In this document: piece by piece, positions 13,372 through 25,309 of the stretch
Layout of the letters: every line of letters begins with the position of its first letter
Numbering within the stretch: the stretch's first letter is position 1
Notes under the pieces: model-generated
Database searches by the model: none
What the model saw: the letters and a program-made list of their open reading frames with translations, nothing else
Told to the model about the DNA's origin: nothing
Origin: Octopus vulgaris
Lineage: Eukaryota
Assembly (NCBI GenBank): GCA_951406725.2
Contig: OX597825.1
Location: forward strand, 30,070,001-30,134,000
Reading direction: 5' to 3'
Length of the DNA: 64,000 nt
Program-made: the position numbers and the translations under genes

Positions 13372-13640
13372 TTATGTGCCACCGACACAGGTGCCAGACG
13401 AGGCTGGCAGACGGCCACGCTCGGATGGTGTTTTTTATGTGCCACCGACACAGGTGCCAGACGAGGCTGGCAGACGGCCACGCTCGGATGGTGTTTTCTT
13501 ATGTGTCACCGACACAGGTGCCAGACGAGGCTGGCGGACGGTCACGCTCGGATGGTGTTTGTTACGTGCCCTCAGCACGGAGGCAGTCATTGCGGTACTG
13601 GCTACGGTCACGTTCGGATGGTTTTCTTATGTGCCACCGG
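13372..13640. repeat. ~64-bp GC-rich tandem repeat in the RTE 3' UTR
   Basis: tatgtgccaccgacacaggtgccagacgaggctggcagacggccacgctcggatggtg x3 plus degenerate copies. Confidence 0.9.
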
Positions 13641-13819
13641 CACTGGTACCACAAGGATACAAATTCCATTGATGTTCATCTATTTTGATTTGGTTCGATT
13701 TGATTCAATACGATTCGATTCTCACTTGCCTCAACAGGTCTTCACAAGTGTCACAAGAAGGAAGGTATGCACAGGTGGACTGACTACGTCCCAGGTAGGG
13801 GCCACGGATTATGGCTTCA

Positions 13820-15955
13820 CTAGTCTTGCCGGGTCTTCTCACGCACAGCATACTTCCATAGGTCTCGGTCTCTAGTCATTTCCATGGTGAGACCTAACGT
13901 CCGAAGGTCGTGCTTCACCACCTCGTCCCAGGTTTTCCTGGGTCTACCTCTTCCACGGGTTCCCTCAACTGCTAGGGATTGCACTTTCTCACACACCTAT
14001 CTTCATCCATTCTCGCCACATGACCATACCAGCGCAATCGTCTCTCTTGCACACAACAACTGATGCTTCTTAGGTACAACATTTCTCTCAAGGTACTAAC
14101 GCTCTGTCGAGTAAGTACACTGACATTACACATCCATCGGAGCATACTGGCTTCGTTCCTCACGAGCTTACACATGTCCTCAGCAGTCACGGCCCATGTT
14201 TCACTGCCATGTAGCATAGCTGTTCGTACACATGCATCATACAGTCTGCCTTTTACTCTGAGCGAGAGGCCTTTAGTCACCAGCAGAGGTAGGAGCTCCC
14301 TAAACTTTGCCCAGGCTATTCTTATTCTAGCAGTTACACTTTCAGCGCACCCACCCCCACTACTGACTTGGTCACCTAGATAGCGGAAGCTATCAACTAC
14401 TTCTAGTTTTTCCCCCGGAAAGTGACAGAAGTTGTTTTCTGCAGATTTTCGGAGGTCAATGCTCCAGAGCACCTGCCACATACAAAAACTATCTTCCCAG
14501 TTAGCCTACCTTTGACATTGCTGCACCTCTTATGTGTCCATAGCTTACACTGGGTACATCTTATAGAGTTTCTACCTACACCTTTTCTACAGATCGAGCA
14601 GGGCCATCTTCCTGAGGATATTTGTGGGTTTTCTACCTTTCTACTTATTAGTACTTTGGTTTTAGCTAGGTTGACTCTAAGGCCCCTCGATTCTAAACCC
14701 TCCTTCCACACCTGGAACTTCTCCTCCAGTTCTGATAGTGACTCAGCGATTAGAGCGAGGTCGTCAGCATAGAGGAGCTCCCAGGGGCAACCTGTCTTGA
14801 ATTCCTCCGTTATTGCCTGGAGGACTATGATAAATAGGAGGGGGCTGAGTACTGAACCCTGGTGGACCCCAACCTCTACTTTGAATTCTTCTGTGTACAT
14901 GTTGCCAACTCTAACCTTACTTACGGCATCTCTGTACATGGCTTGCACAGCCCTCACCAGCCATTCATCTATCCCTAGTTTCCTCATTGACCACCAGATG
15001 AGGGATCGGGGGACCCTATCAAAGGCTTTCTCCATGTCAACGAAAGCCAGGTACAGGGGCTTATCCTTGGCTAGGTATTTCTCCTGCAGCTGCCTTACCA
15101 GGAATATAGCATCAGTGGTGCTTTTCCCTGGGACAAACCCAAACTGCATCTCATCTAAACTAACTCTCTCTCTAATTAGTTGGGCTATGACCCTCTCCGT
15201 AACCTTCATTACCTGATCCAACAGCTTGATACCTCTGTAATTATTTGTATCCAGGGCATCACCTTTACCTTTGTAGCAGTTGACTAGTATGCTGCTACAC
15301 CAGTCATTGGGTATGACTCCTTCGTGTATCACCTGGTTGACTATTCGGGTGACTAGGTTATAGCCGACACTGCCAGATATTTTGAGCATCTCTGCAGTAA
15401 TTCCTGATGGGCCTGGGGCTTTCCCTGTCTTCATGCTTCTAATTGCCTTAGCTACCACGGAACTATCAACTCAGATAGCTGGTCCCTCTGTTGGGTCAAC
15501 ATTTGGCAGACTCTCTTTATCCCATTCATTTTCTTTATTCAGCAAACTTTCATAGTGGCATCTCCAAACCTCTCTCTTCGCATCCTCATTTAGCGCAAGT
15601 GAACCATCATCCATGCGAACACACTTCTCTCCTACCACATCACGATTCTCTCTCACACACTGTCTTGCAACACGAAATACCTCAAGTCTTTCATCCTCAC
15701 GGCTCAGAACATTGGCAAATTTTTTCTTATCCGCTTCCCCTCTGGCTAAATAAACCTGTCTCCTAGCTTCCCTTTTGGCTGTCTGATACAATTCCCTGCT
15801 ACCACCATTCTTCCAGTCCTTCCAAGCCTGTCTCTTTTGTCTAATAGCCCCGTCAACCACCGTGTTCCACCACCATGTAACTCTGGGTCGAGATGGTACT
15901 TTGCTCCATCCACAGATCTGGTCAGTGGCTGTCAGCAGATTGTCCCGTAGGAATC
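13820..15955 (-). pseudogene. RTE ORF2 (RT + PHD-like finger), broken by one in-frame stop and two frameshifts
   Basis: ORFs 15471-15860 and 14403-15458 are in the same frame, separated by a TGA (likely from CGA). Frameshifts at ~14410 and ~13975. Natural stop at ~13820. Confidence 0.9.
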
Positions 15956-16470
15956 TCAGTTGTCTTCCACATTAAGTGAAGCTATATCCCCTTCTATATA
16001 TATCCCCTTCTATATATATATATATATATATATATCACAATCAAGGAACGGCCATAATAGGCCATTCACCCACTAGAAATAACAGCCAAAAGCTTTAACC
16101 GCAAAATAACATCAATTCCGTAAACCAGGAGAAAATTAAAAAACATTTACCCTGTAATTTCTTATACGATGCACCGTTTCATCTACTGTTTAATGGTAAA
16201 CTAACCTGATGTTGAACTTAAAAATGGTTTATGACTATTTAATTTTTTCCCACTAGGCCGCTGGTGGCAAAAGAATTCTACAAAATTTTTTTGCCACCCT
16301 ATATTGATTAATTATGAATTTTCTGGTTAATTCCGTAATGGAATCGGCGGCTTATATTTATTTGCTGCCGATAAATTTGGCGCGAGTGCGACGATTTGAA
16401 AATTTTAGGTCAGATATTGCCGAGGCAGCAACGGGAATGCCTCGTGAAAAATATCTGTTCCGACTTGGCT

Positions 16471-16577
16471 ATTTCTTACTGATGAATCTAAGGGCCTATG
16501 GTAGATTGGCTTGATTTAATTTAATCAGGTTAGTTTACCATTCAACAGTAGATGAAACGGTGCATCGTATAAGAAAT
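16471..16577 (+). ncRNA. Type I hammerhead ribozyme, copy 1
   Basis: Stem I atttctta(16471-78)/taagaaat(16570-77). CTGATGA at 16479-85. Stem II atcta/tagat enclosing a long hairpin. GAAA at 16554-57. Stem III ACGG-tgca-TCGT. Cleavage triplet GTA at 16567-69. Confidence 0.85.
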
Positions 16578-16960
16578 TACAGGGTAAATGTTTTTTAATT
16601 TTCTCCTGGTTTACGGAATTGATGTTATTTTGCGGTTAAAGCTTTTGGCTGTTATTTCTAGTGGGTGAATGGCCTATTATGGCCGTTCCTTGATTGTGAT
16701 GTTGAACTTAAAAATGGTTTATGACTATTTAATTTTTTCCCACTAGGCCGCTGGTGGCAAAAGAATTCTACAAAATTTTTTTGCCACCCTATATTGATTA
16801 ATTATGAATTTTCTGGTTAATTCCGTAATGGAATCGGCGGCTTATATTTATTTGCTGCCGATAAATTTGGCGCGAGTGCGACGATTTGAAAATTTTAGGT
16901 CAGATATTGCCGAGGCAGCAACGGGAATGCCTCGTGAAAAATATCTGTTCCGACTTGGCT

Positions 16961-17067
16961 ATTTCTTACTGATGAATCTAAGGGCCTATGGTAGATTGGC
17001 TTGATTTAATTTAATCAGGTTAGTTTACCATTAAACAGTAGATGAAACGGTGCATCGTATAAGAAAT
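16961..17067 (+). ncRNA. Type I hammerhead ribozyme, copy 2
   Basis: Same as copy 1 (offset 490) except one substitution in the stem II extension (ttcaac > ttaaac). Confidence 0.85.
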
Positions 17068-17262
17068 TACAGGGTAAATGTTTTTTAATTTTCTCCTGGT
17101 TTACGGAATTGATGTTATTTCTAGTGGGTGAATGGCCTATTATGGCCGTTCCTTGATTGCGATGTTGAACTTAAAAATGGTTTATGACTATTTAATTTTT
17201 TCCCACTAGGCCGCTGGTGGCAAAAGAATTCTACAAAATTTTTTTTTGCCACCCTATATTGA

Positions 17263-17310
<48 letters not shown>

Positions 17311-17339
17311 TCACACAACAGGCACACACACATAAATAT

Positions 17340-20300
17340 GTCTGAGTACCCAGGCAACGACTTGATTTGCAGCTATGACTAATTAAGAATAAAATTAAAC
17401 TATATTGGATAAAAATGTTTTTATTGATAATTTTATTATCGTACTGCCCCCTTCCTAACTTGACTCTTTGGCTTATGTCATGCAGAAATGCCTCAATCTG
17501 ATAAACCCCCTTAGTCCACCATAATTCTTGTTAAGTCCTTTACAGCCAGGACAATTAATTTCTTGGCATCCTCAGTTCTGGAAGCCGTCATATATAATTG
17601 CACATGAGAGAAACACTGAATTGAGTGATCCAAGCTGATTGCTTTAAAGGTCTGCTGTTGTGCCTTTTTCATTGTTATATCACAACACTGCTTGTGTGGA
17701 AACTGGAGACACCCAAACTTATTAAATGATGGAGACAATGGAATTTTTGGTAGGAAGGCATTATTGAATTTTATAGCGACCAGTGGCATCAGCATGGAAC
17801 CATGAGACGATGCACTTGGTTCCATTTACTGCTTTTGAAGGATCCATATTCCTCAGAATCTTGATGAAGGCCTAAACTTTAAATTTCACGATGTTAGAGG
17901 ATGTTGCTAAAAGCTCAATTGAGACTAAGAGCTTCATTGGATAAGTCACAACATCTTCATCCCTAACATTATCCACTGCCTTGTAGGTTCTCTTCACCTG
18001 GAAATTCTTCAAGTAGCTTATTATTGAGCTGATTGTTATCGGTATTTAAAGGAGACAGTTTTGCTTTTCCAGCCAACCACTCAGACTTGATTTCAATGGT
18101 AACGATGCAAAAAAGACATCACTTTTTGAGCTGCTCTATTGATGAGACAGTTTACCTCAATTTCTGAGGAATATTAATGGTTTCATGTTCTGCCACCATG
18201 GAGATCTGTACATCTCCAATTTCTATTAACAACCTTGCAAAGCGGCAGCTTCCTCCTCACCTGATAGGTGAGCTTTCATGTCAGTGGTCAAGTGCTTGAT
18301 GGTTATATTACACCACAGGTAAGGATTTCTCAGGTTCACATTGATTATATTAGATCTTGTACCATCCTCTATCACTGGGAAGATCTGTCTGAAGTCTCCA
18401 CAGAGAAGTTTGGGGACGTCTCCTAATGGTTTATTAACTGTAACGATGTCTTCAATATTGCCCTCTATTGCTTCATAAACTGGCTCTGTTCATTGCTGGT
18501 ACTTCATCTATAACTATATGAGCTCTGTCCTTGAGATAACTCTTGCACAAGTTTGATACATATTCTATGCCACATGTAAATGGGTGTTGAGTGGAATCTT
18601 GAATGTGTTATGAATTGTTCATCCTCCTTGAAGCAGTGTTGCTGTATTGCTCAGGGATGCTGTAGCTAGGGCAATTTGGGGAGTTCTTGGAACTCATCTT
18701 TTTCTTTCGTGTAGTCTTCATGTAAGGACTGTTATTGTTGAAAAGTTCACAGAGGCCATGCATTATGTGAGACATAATTGCCTTGTGGAATTCAGGATCT
18801 TTATCCTTGTCAGGAACCTCTACCCTAGAAAACTTGTCTACAACACCAGGCTTGATATTGTTCTCTTCTGATGCTACCCATAGAAGAATGTGAGCATGGT
18901 GTAGACAATGCTTCAGGTAGTCAACCATGTAAAGGAAAGCTCACATCATCTCAAAAGTGTTTTGTTTTAGAATCCTCATAATTTTCTTCAGCTTCTGGCT
19001 AAACACTTGAGAGATGAGATCATGTATATCATGAGGATCCTATCACAGCAGGAGGATTACCTGTAATCTTCCATTTTGGGTTGCAGGTCATAATTATGAA
19101 GTAATCATATTTTACCATGAAGTGAACATATGCTATGGCATTATTCTGTCTTGTATGCATTTATCATGGGTCCTCCAGTGAATTTTACTGGAAGTACAAC
19201 TTTCTCCCACACATTTCTGGGATCATCATCACCAGATAAAAGTTATGGCTTGTATTGTTGATAGCATGAGTTCTTTTTGTTGCAACAAAAGTAACCTAGT
19301 CTTTCAATTTCTGTCTTGTAACACATCGACCAGAAACTGCTGAAGAAGGCAGCAAATTTACAAACTTCCATTGCTGCCCTCTCCCCCAACATTAGATACT
19401 GGCCACAGTACATATTTTGTAAAAATTATGCCCTAGTTCTCCAGAAGCTGTTTTGGTTCAAAGGTAGATATGGCAGCCATCTGGTCCATATGGGAATATA
19501 AATGGATATTACAGTGCATCATAGGAAGAATGCAATTCACAGAACTTTATCTCTTAGTTTTTGGTTCATTATCTGTAAAAATGGCAACTTCTGGAGCTGT
19601 AAGCTCAATTGAAACACTGTTTGTGCTCTCTCAATGTTTTTTTGTCTTCCTTTTCTGATAATCTGTCATTCCCCAATACTTACTTCTTGAAATGCTTCCC
19701 ATAATGTTTTCAATACACTAACCAGGCGATTATTTACTTGAAAGCACTTCCTAAGTTTTTTTTAAGAAATGCTGGTTTTAGGCTGCAGCTGCTTTTGCCT
19801 AGCAGCTGGATGTTCTTCAAGTGTGTCAAGAAAACAGATTGGAGATATTTAGCATAACTTTCTTCTGTTGGAAGTAGGGAACCCACCATGAGAAAAATCT
19901 TCCCAAGTTCACCAAAGTGTGAATCCCATACCTCCAATCTCATCTCCTTGTGGTAAATATTCATTAACAAAATGAAACTGGACTGGTAACGACCCCAAAA
20001 TGACTTTGCCATCATAACAGCATAGTCCTGATGTCTCTTCCTTGAATTAGAACACACAATTCCTAACTTGCAATTCATCAAATCAACATTGGAGTGGGTT
20101 GGTACATCAGTAGTGTTGTAAATATTTCAGCTAATTGGCAGAGTGTTGCCCTATTTATTCTATCCTTGGTTGCCTTTCTTCCGAGCCCACCTTTAATCAG
20201 TGCAATTGAATAACTTACCTCTTTAACCTTGGCTTTTTTATTTTGATTTTAAGGCATCTATATAGACCTGGTGTGGTGAAGGCTTTATTTATCAGACACA

Positions 20301-20690
20301 TGCTTTTGATCCTATTCTATATCTGTTACTGAGGCCATCTACTTAATACCAATTTCACAGATTCCAACCTTATTTCTTTCTCTTCTGCAGTCTTTTGTTT
20401 CACTTTCAGTTTGTACCATACTATCTTTCTCTCTACTTTCCTTCACTCTCTCTCTCTCTCTCTGACTACTTTTGACATCCTTCTTTGGAATTCCATTAAG
20501 ACTTCAAAGCCCAGAAGGTTTTCTTTCTATGAATCATGGTTGAAAACATAACAAAATAGTTAAAAAATTTCATCTGATTTGCAGTTTCTAAATTTGGCTT
20601 CAATTTTTTTACCCTATGCTTCTGACTAGACACACACATGATTTCAGACATACAAACATGACTTTTAGATTATTGAAGAAGATATAGAAT
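17340..20690 (-). mobile_element. Decayed autonomous Helitron (Rep/PIF1 helicase remnants)
   Basis: Rep motifs DYFIIMTCNPKW (~19070-19110) and HHAHILLW (~18880-18900). Helicase motifs LLCGDFRQIFPV (~18375-18410) and QFP..ITMKKAQQQT..CFSHVQLY. Termini are approximate. Confidence 0.8.
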
Positions 20691-21339
20691 CTGAAAATTT
20701 TAAAAATTATATCACGTAAATTAATTGTACTTTATTCTATAGATTTAAAATTAAAACAAACTTTACACAGACTGAATTTAGTTATATGTACTCACAGAAT
20801 ATTTTTAAAAAACAATAAAATAATGCAATGAGAATTAAAAAATATTTATACTTGAAAAATAATGGAAAAGTAACTCATGATATCGACATAGTTTGAATTT
20901 TTTAACTTTATAAAAACAGTAAAATTTTTGCATAAAATTAGTATAAAGCATTAACATTCAAATAAATCAATAACTTTATTTACAACATCAGTATCAAAAT
21001 ATTATTTCTTTATACAAATTTGAGATTAAAACGTAAAAAATCTTCTGGCCCCTATAAAAGTTTTCTAATCCTCATAAAAATGTTTGTTTTCCTGAAAAAT
21101 TTCTACTCTTCAAAGAAATATTTCTCTACATAAAAATTCTTTGACACCTATAAAATTTTCAAAACCCTTAAAAACTTTTCCACTCCTCCTAAAAAATAAG
21201 AACCTTTTGAACACTTCTAAAAATTTTCTGTCCCTCTGCAAATTTCTGTGACCACTTCTCTTCCAACCCCACCTATAACCAGAACAGCTACATGGCTAAT
21301 AAAAAGTTAATAACTTATCAGTAAAATATTATCTAGTAG

Positions 21340-21903
21340 TGTATCAAATTTCACATTGATATCTTGAATACTTAGAAGTAAATCAATAAATACTTACCAT
21401 TACATTTTTAATCAACCAAATATGAACTATTTTGTTGCTCAATGTGTCTCCACCTTTCCTTTAACTTGAAAATACCCTCTTCTCAGAATTGAGGTGGTTT
21501 CATGGCAAAGAATTCATCAAGGTATTGTTTTACGTCATCCAAGGAATTGAAATTTTTACCATTAAGATTATTCTGTAGAGATCTGAATAAGTGGAAATCC
21601 AAAGGCGCAATATCTGGTGAATATGGAAGGTGGGGTAACACATCCCAGCTGAGCTGCAGCAATTTTTGTTTGGTTCCCAAAGCATCAAGTGCCAAAAATG
21701 AACTTTCTTATCTTCCATTTGAAGGGGTTACAGAATCAACACAGGTTATAGGAACATAAACCTTCTTCCACGAAAAGATAGCTTAAACTGTGGTCTAAAT
21801 GGAGGTGTAGTCAAATCCTATTTTAAGGACTCAACCATGTTCTAAAATAAATCGAAAGGCAAGCTACTATAAATCGGCACGAATTTTCCGGACAACTCAA
21901 TAA
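21340..21903 (-). mobile_element. Internally deleted mariner element
   Basis: WDVLPHLPYSPDIAPLDFHLFRSLQNNL (YSPDLAP motif). TIR-like aaatcggcacgaattttccggacaactcaata at 21871-21902. Confidence 0.85.
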
Positions 21904-22899
21904 ATGTTATCAATCAGTTATCATGTTATTTGTACTTCCTATACACAGGGAGTCCAATAATCATCTTGCTTACCAAGCAAACCTGGTGGAGTTTCCAGTT
22001 TAATCGCCAGCAACCCAACCATGTAACAGATTGTATTGGGTTATATGATAGCAAGTGGTAGCACTCAAGAACATCCTGACATGTCACTATATAAAGTATT
22101 CAGATTTTATTATCTGAAATATACTGGAAACCTAAAGTGTGTGTGTATTTGGGGACTTTTTTGCTTGAAGGAGTAAAGTTGTGTGGTTCAGTAAAAATTT
22201 CAAATAAAGCTAATGAAGAAGTTTAAGTATATTTCCATTTTTAATAACAAATTATGAATGGATCATAGTAAAAATGAACTTAGAAATAAGGGGAATACAG
22301 CTTTGCATTGTACTTCATATTTGTATGAAATTAAGTTAGCATTTTGCACCAACATGTCATTTTCCAGAACCCTTATTAATCAATATTGTTTCTGACTCTG
22401 AATGAAACACTCAAATACGTACTGAATCTTAATCCTCATTTTTCACCCAGAGGTCAAATTTTAGGATTCTTATTAACAAATATTGTTCCTGAATTCGTCA
22501 CTGATCAGTCCCATAATGAGGTCATATCGTCTATACTTCCTTTAGCAGTCACATATTTAAAAGTAATTTTGTAAACTAACAGAGTTCCTTTAAGCTACCT
22601 ACATCAACTATACTGAAATTTTCCTTTTTCGTTTCTGGTTTGATGAACATAATTCATTGGATTATTGCTAGCAAAAGTTTTACAAGAACCAAGCTTTATT
22701 AGTTATTGCTGTTCTTTTGAAGTATTTAAAATCTAAGTAAGCAAAGGAAAAGCTCTGCTCTTAGTTTCACCTGTGTTTATTATTTATTGAAATTGTGGTC
22801 AATATTTACCTGACCTGAGAGATGGGTGAGATCATTGGAGAGAAGAGTGTACATCAAGAAAAGACAACAACAGTAATGACAAAGTCGGCAACGGTGAGG

Positions 22900-23330
22900 A
22901 GGATGAGGAGGATAATGATGACGACAACGATGATGATGATGATAATGATGGTGATGGTGATGGTGATTATGATGATGATGGTGATTATGATGATGATGAT
23001 GACAATAATAACAACAACAGTGATGCTGACAATGACGATGATGATGATGATAATGATGTTAAGGATGATAATGGTGAAGATGATGATAATGATGAAGATG
23101 ATGATAACAATGATGATAATAATGAAGATGATGATGATAATGATGAAGATGATAATGATGAAGATGATAATGATGAAGATGATGATAACGATGATGATAA
23201 TGATGTCACTGATAATAATGATGAAGATGATGATAATGATGATAATGATGAAGATGATGATGATAATGATGATAATGATGATGATGAAGATGATAATGAT
23301 AATGATGATAATGATGAAGATGATCTTGAT
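22900..23330. repeat. Degenerate (GAT/AAT)n trinucleotide array
   Basis: gatgataat repeats. Confidence 0.9.
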
Positions 23331-24067
23331 GATTTTGCCAGTCCTGTTCACAATACAATGTCTTGTAAAAAAGATACTGCAACGAAGGGAACAGAAAAAA
23401 AAACCAAAAACATTTTTGTATTCTTCCAAGAAGGTTCCATGGCAGGCAGATAGCTCTTGCCAAAGAAATCCTCATGAAATCATTTCTTTGACTTTATGAC
23501 ATAAAGAAAGAAGGAAGAACATGAATTGATTTATGTAACATGTTTTGATTAAAGCCACACGTTTTGATTGAGATTTAAAGCTGATAGTCCTCATCACCCT
23601 TTTAACATCCACTTTTCAATGTCTGCAGGGGTCATCAGGAATTTAAGGGAGCAGATGTTCTATGGCTGGCTGTAATTCCTTTTGCCAATTCTCACCTGTT
23701 TCCAAGAAAAGTAATGTTTCCCTTTGGAAGGACAGGTTTCCATGGAAGACTGGAAATGTTTGGCAGTGTTTGTATGACAGTGAGACTTGTTTACGACTGT
23801 CATGTGATGTTAAGACAAGGACATGTAAACACAGCTACACACACACTCACACACACACAGAAACACACTCATGCAGACACACACACATGCATATATGATA
23901 GGTTTCTTTCTTTGTTATGTATATTCACAATTCCGGATGGTTTGGTGTATTTCCCTGCATGTTTTCATCTTACCTAAAGCACCTCTTATTAGAATTGGTT
24001 CTGTTGTGAGGTTCCATTCTATTTCCAGATTTTTGTATAGCAAATAGTTTATCCATTTCATTTTGAG

Positions 24068-24478
24068 ATGTGTTGTTGTTGTTGTTGCTGCTGCTGCTGC
24101 TGCTCTTCTTCTTCTTCTTTTTCTTCTTCTTCTTCTCCTCCTCCTCCTCCTCCTACGCCTACTCCTGCTATGCCTCCTCCTCCTTGTCCTCCTCCTCCTC
24201 CTCCTCCTCCTACGCCTACTCCTCCTATGCCTCCTCCTATGCCTACTCCTATGCCTACTCCTTCTTTTCCTCCTCCTCCTCCTCCTCTTCTGCCTCCTCC
24301 TCCCCTCCTCCTCCCCTGCCTCCTCATCCTCCCCTCCTCCTCCCCTCTTCCTCCCCTCCTCCTCCCCTCCTCCTCCTCCTACCGCTACATCTACTCCTCC
24401 TCCTACTTCACCTATGCCTACTCCCCCTCCCCCTCCTCCTCCTTCTTTTCCTTCTCCTCCTTCTCCTCCTTCTTGCCC

Positions 24479-24524
<46 letters not shown>

Positions 24525-24525
24525 C
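24068..24525. repeat. Compound trinucleotide microsatellite (TTG/CTG/CTT/CCT/ATT)
   Basis: Direct inspection. Confidence 0.95.
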
Positions 24526-24529
24526 ATTC

Positions 24530-24955
24530 AATAAAACCTATCACATGCTAATTAGCAGGGAGGTTTGATGACAACAAGTCTCTTTAAATCTTAAGAATTG
24601 TTCTAAAGATATTTTGCAAAATCCAGGATTGCACTTTTCTGCAGGTTGACACACTGTCTCAATTACAATATTCTTCAGCTTCATGGATAGCAAATTGGGT
24701 CCTATGCTCAGTGCGTCAATTGCCACAGAAATAATTGTCATCTTAATCTTCCATAATCTCTTCATATCTCTGACAAGTTCTCATGTTATTTCCCCAATTT
24801 CTTTTACATCCACTCAACTGTCAGATGGTATTCCAAACTCTATTATTTTACATTCCTTGTTTCTTTTCGGTTTTTTTTCCTCATCTTCTGCCATCATGTC
24901 CTAGTCTCCTTGCTTGAATAGTATGGTCAGCCCTTATTGATAAATTTCATAAAAT
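24530..24955 (-). mobile_element. Dong/R4-like RLE-domain fragment
   Basis: IIEFGIPSD..DMKRLWKIKMTIISVAIDAL. Flanked by (ATT)n. Confidence 0.7.
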
Positions 24956-24997
24956 CCTGTAATTATTATTATTATCATCATCATCATCACCATCTTC

Positions 24998-25059
<62 letters not shown>

Positions 25060-25227
25060 TATTCTGAGTTCAAATTCCACCAAGGTTGACTGTACCTTTC
25101 ATCCTTTCAGGGTCAATAAAATAAGAAGCAGTTGATATAATCAACACTCCTCTCTCCAAAAAAGGCTGCCCTGGTGGCAAAATTTGAAACCACCTCCACC
25201 ACCACCACCACTACCATCATCATCATC

Positions 25228-25259
<32 letters not shown>

Positions 25260-25309
25260 CATCATCTTAATCATCATTATCATTATTATTATTATTTTCA
25301 TATACACAG

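Larger units (their letters stand above)
13199..15995 (-). mobile_element. 5'-truncated RTE-clade LINE, young, with 3' UTR and (GAT)n tail
   Basis: RT motifs KAPGPSG, YRGIKLL, AFVDMEKAFDRV, GVHQGSVLSPLLF, YADD, YLG. RTE C-terminus RRLRWYGHVARM..RGRPRKTW. Tail at 13199-13217. (TA)n flanks. Confidence 0.95.
16034..17270 (+). mobile_element. Hammerhead-bearing tandem element (non-LTR retrozyme / Penelope pLTR-like): 177-bp inverted partial copy + ~2.2 direct 490-bp units, inserted in (TA)n
   Basis: Units start at ~16207, ~16697 and ~17160. Unit 2 lacks 27 bp between tgttattt repeats. 16034-16210 is the reverse complement of 16524-16700. (TA)n on both flanks. Each full unit has a complete hammerhead. 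Confidence 0.85.

Noticed and set aside
13372-13640. CRISPR-like array
   Set aside because: Units repeat entirely with no unique spacers, lie in a LINE 3' UTR, and the context is eukaryotic.
16314-17004. Duplicated 66-aa ORF (MNFLVNSVME..) as a protein gene
   Set aside because: It is identical only because the repeat units are near-identical. No recognisable domain, and it overlaps the ribozyme and hairpins.
22822-23499. 225-aa Met-rich ORF
   Set aside because: Frame artefact of the (ATG/ATA)n array.
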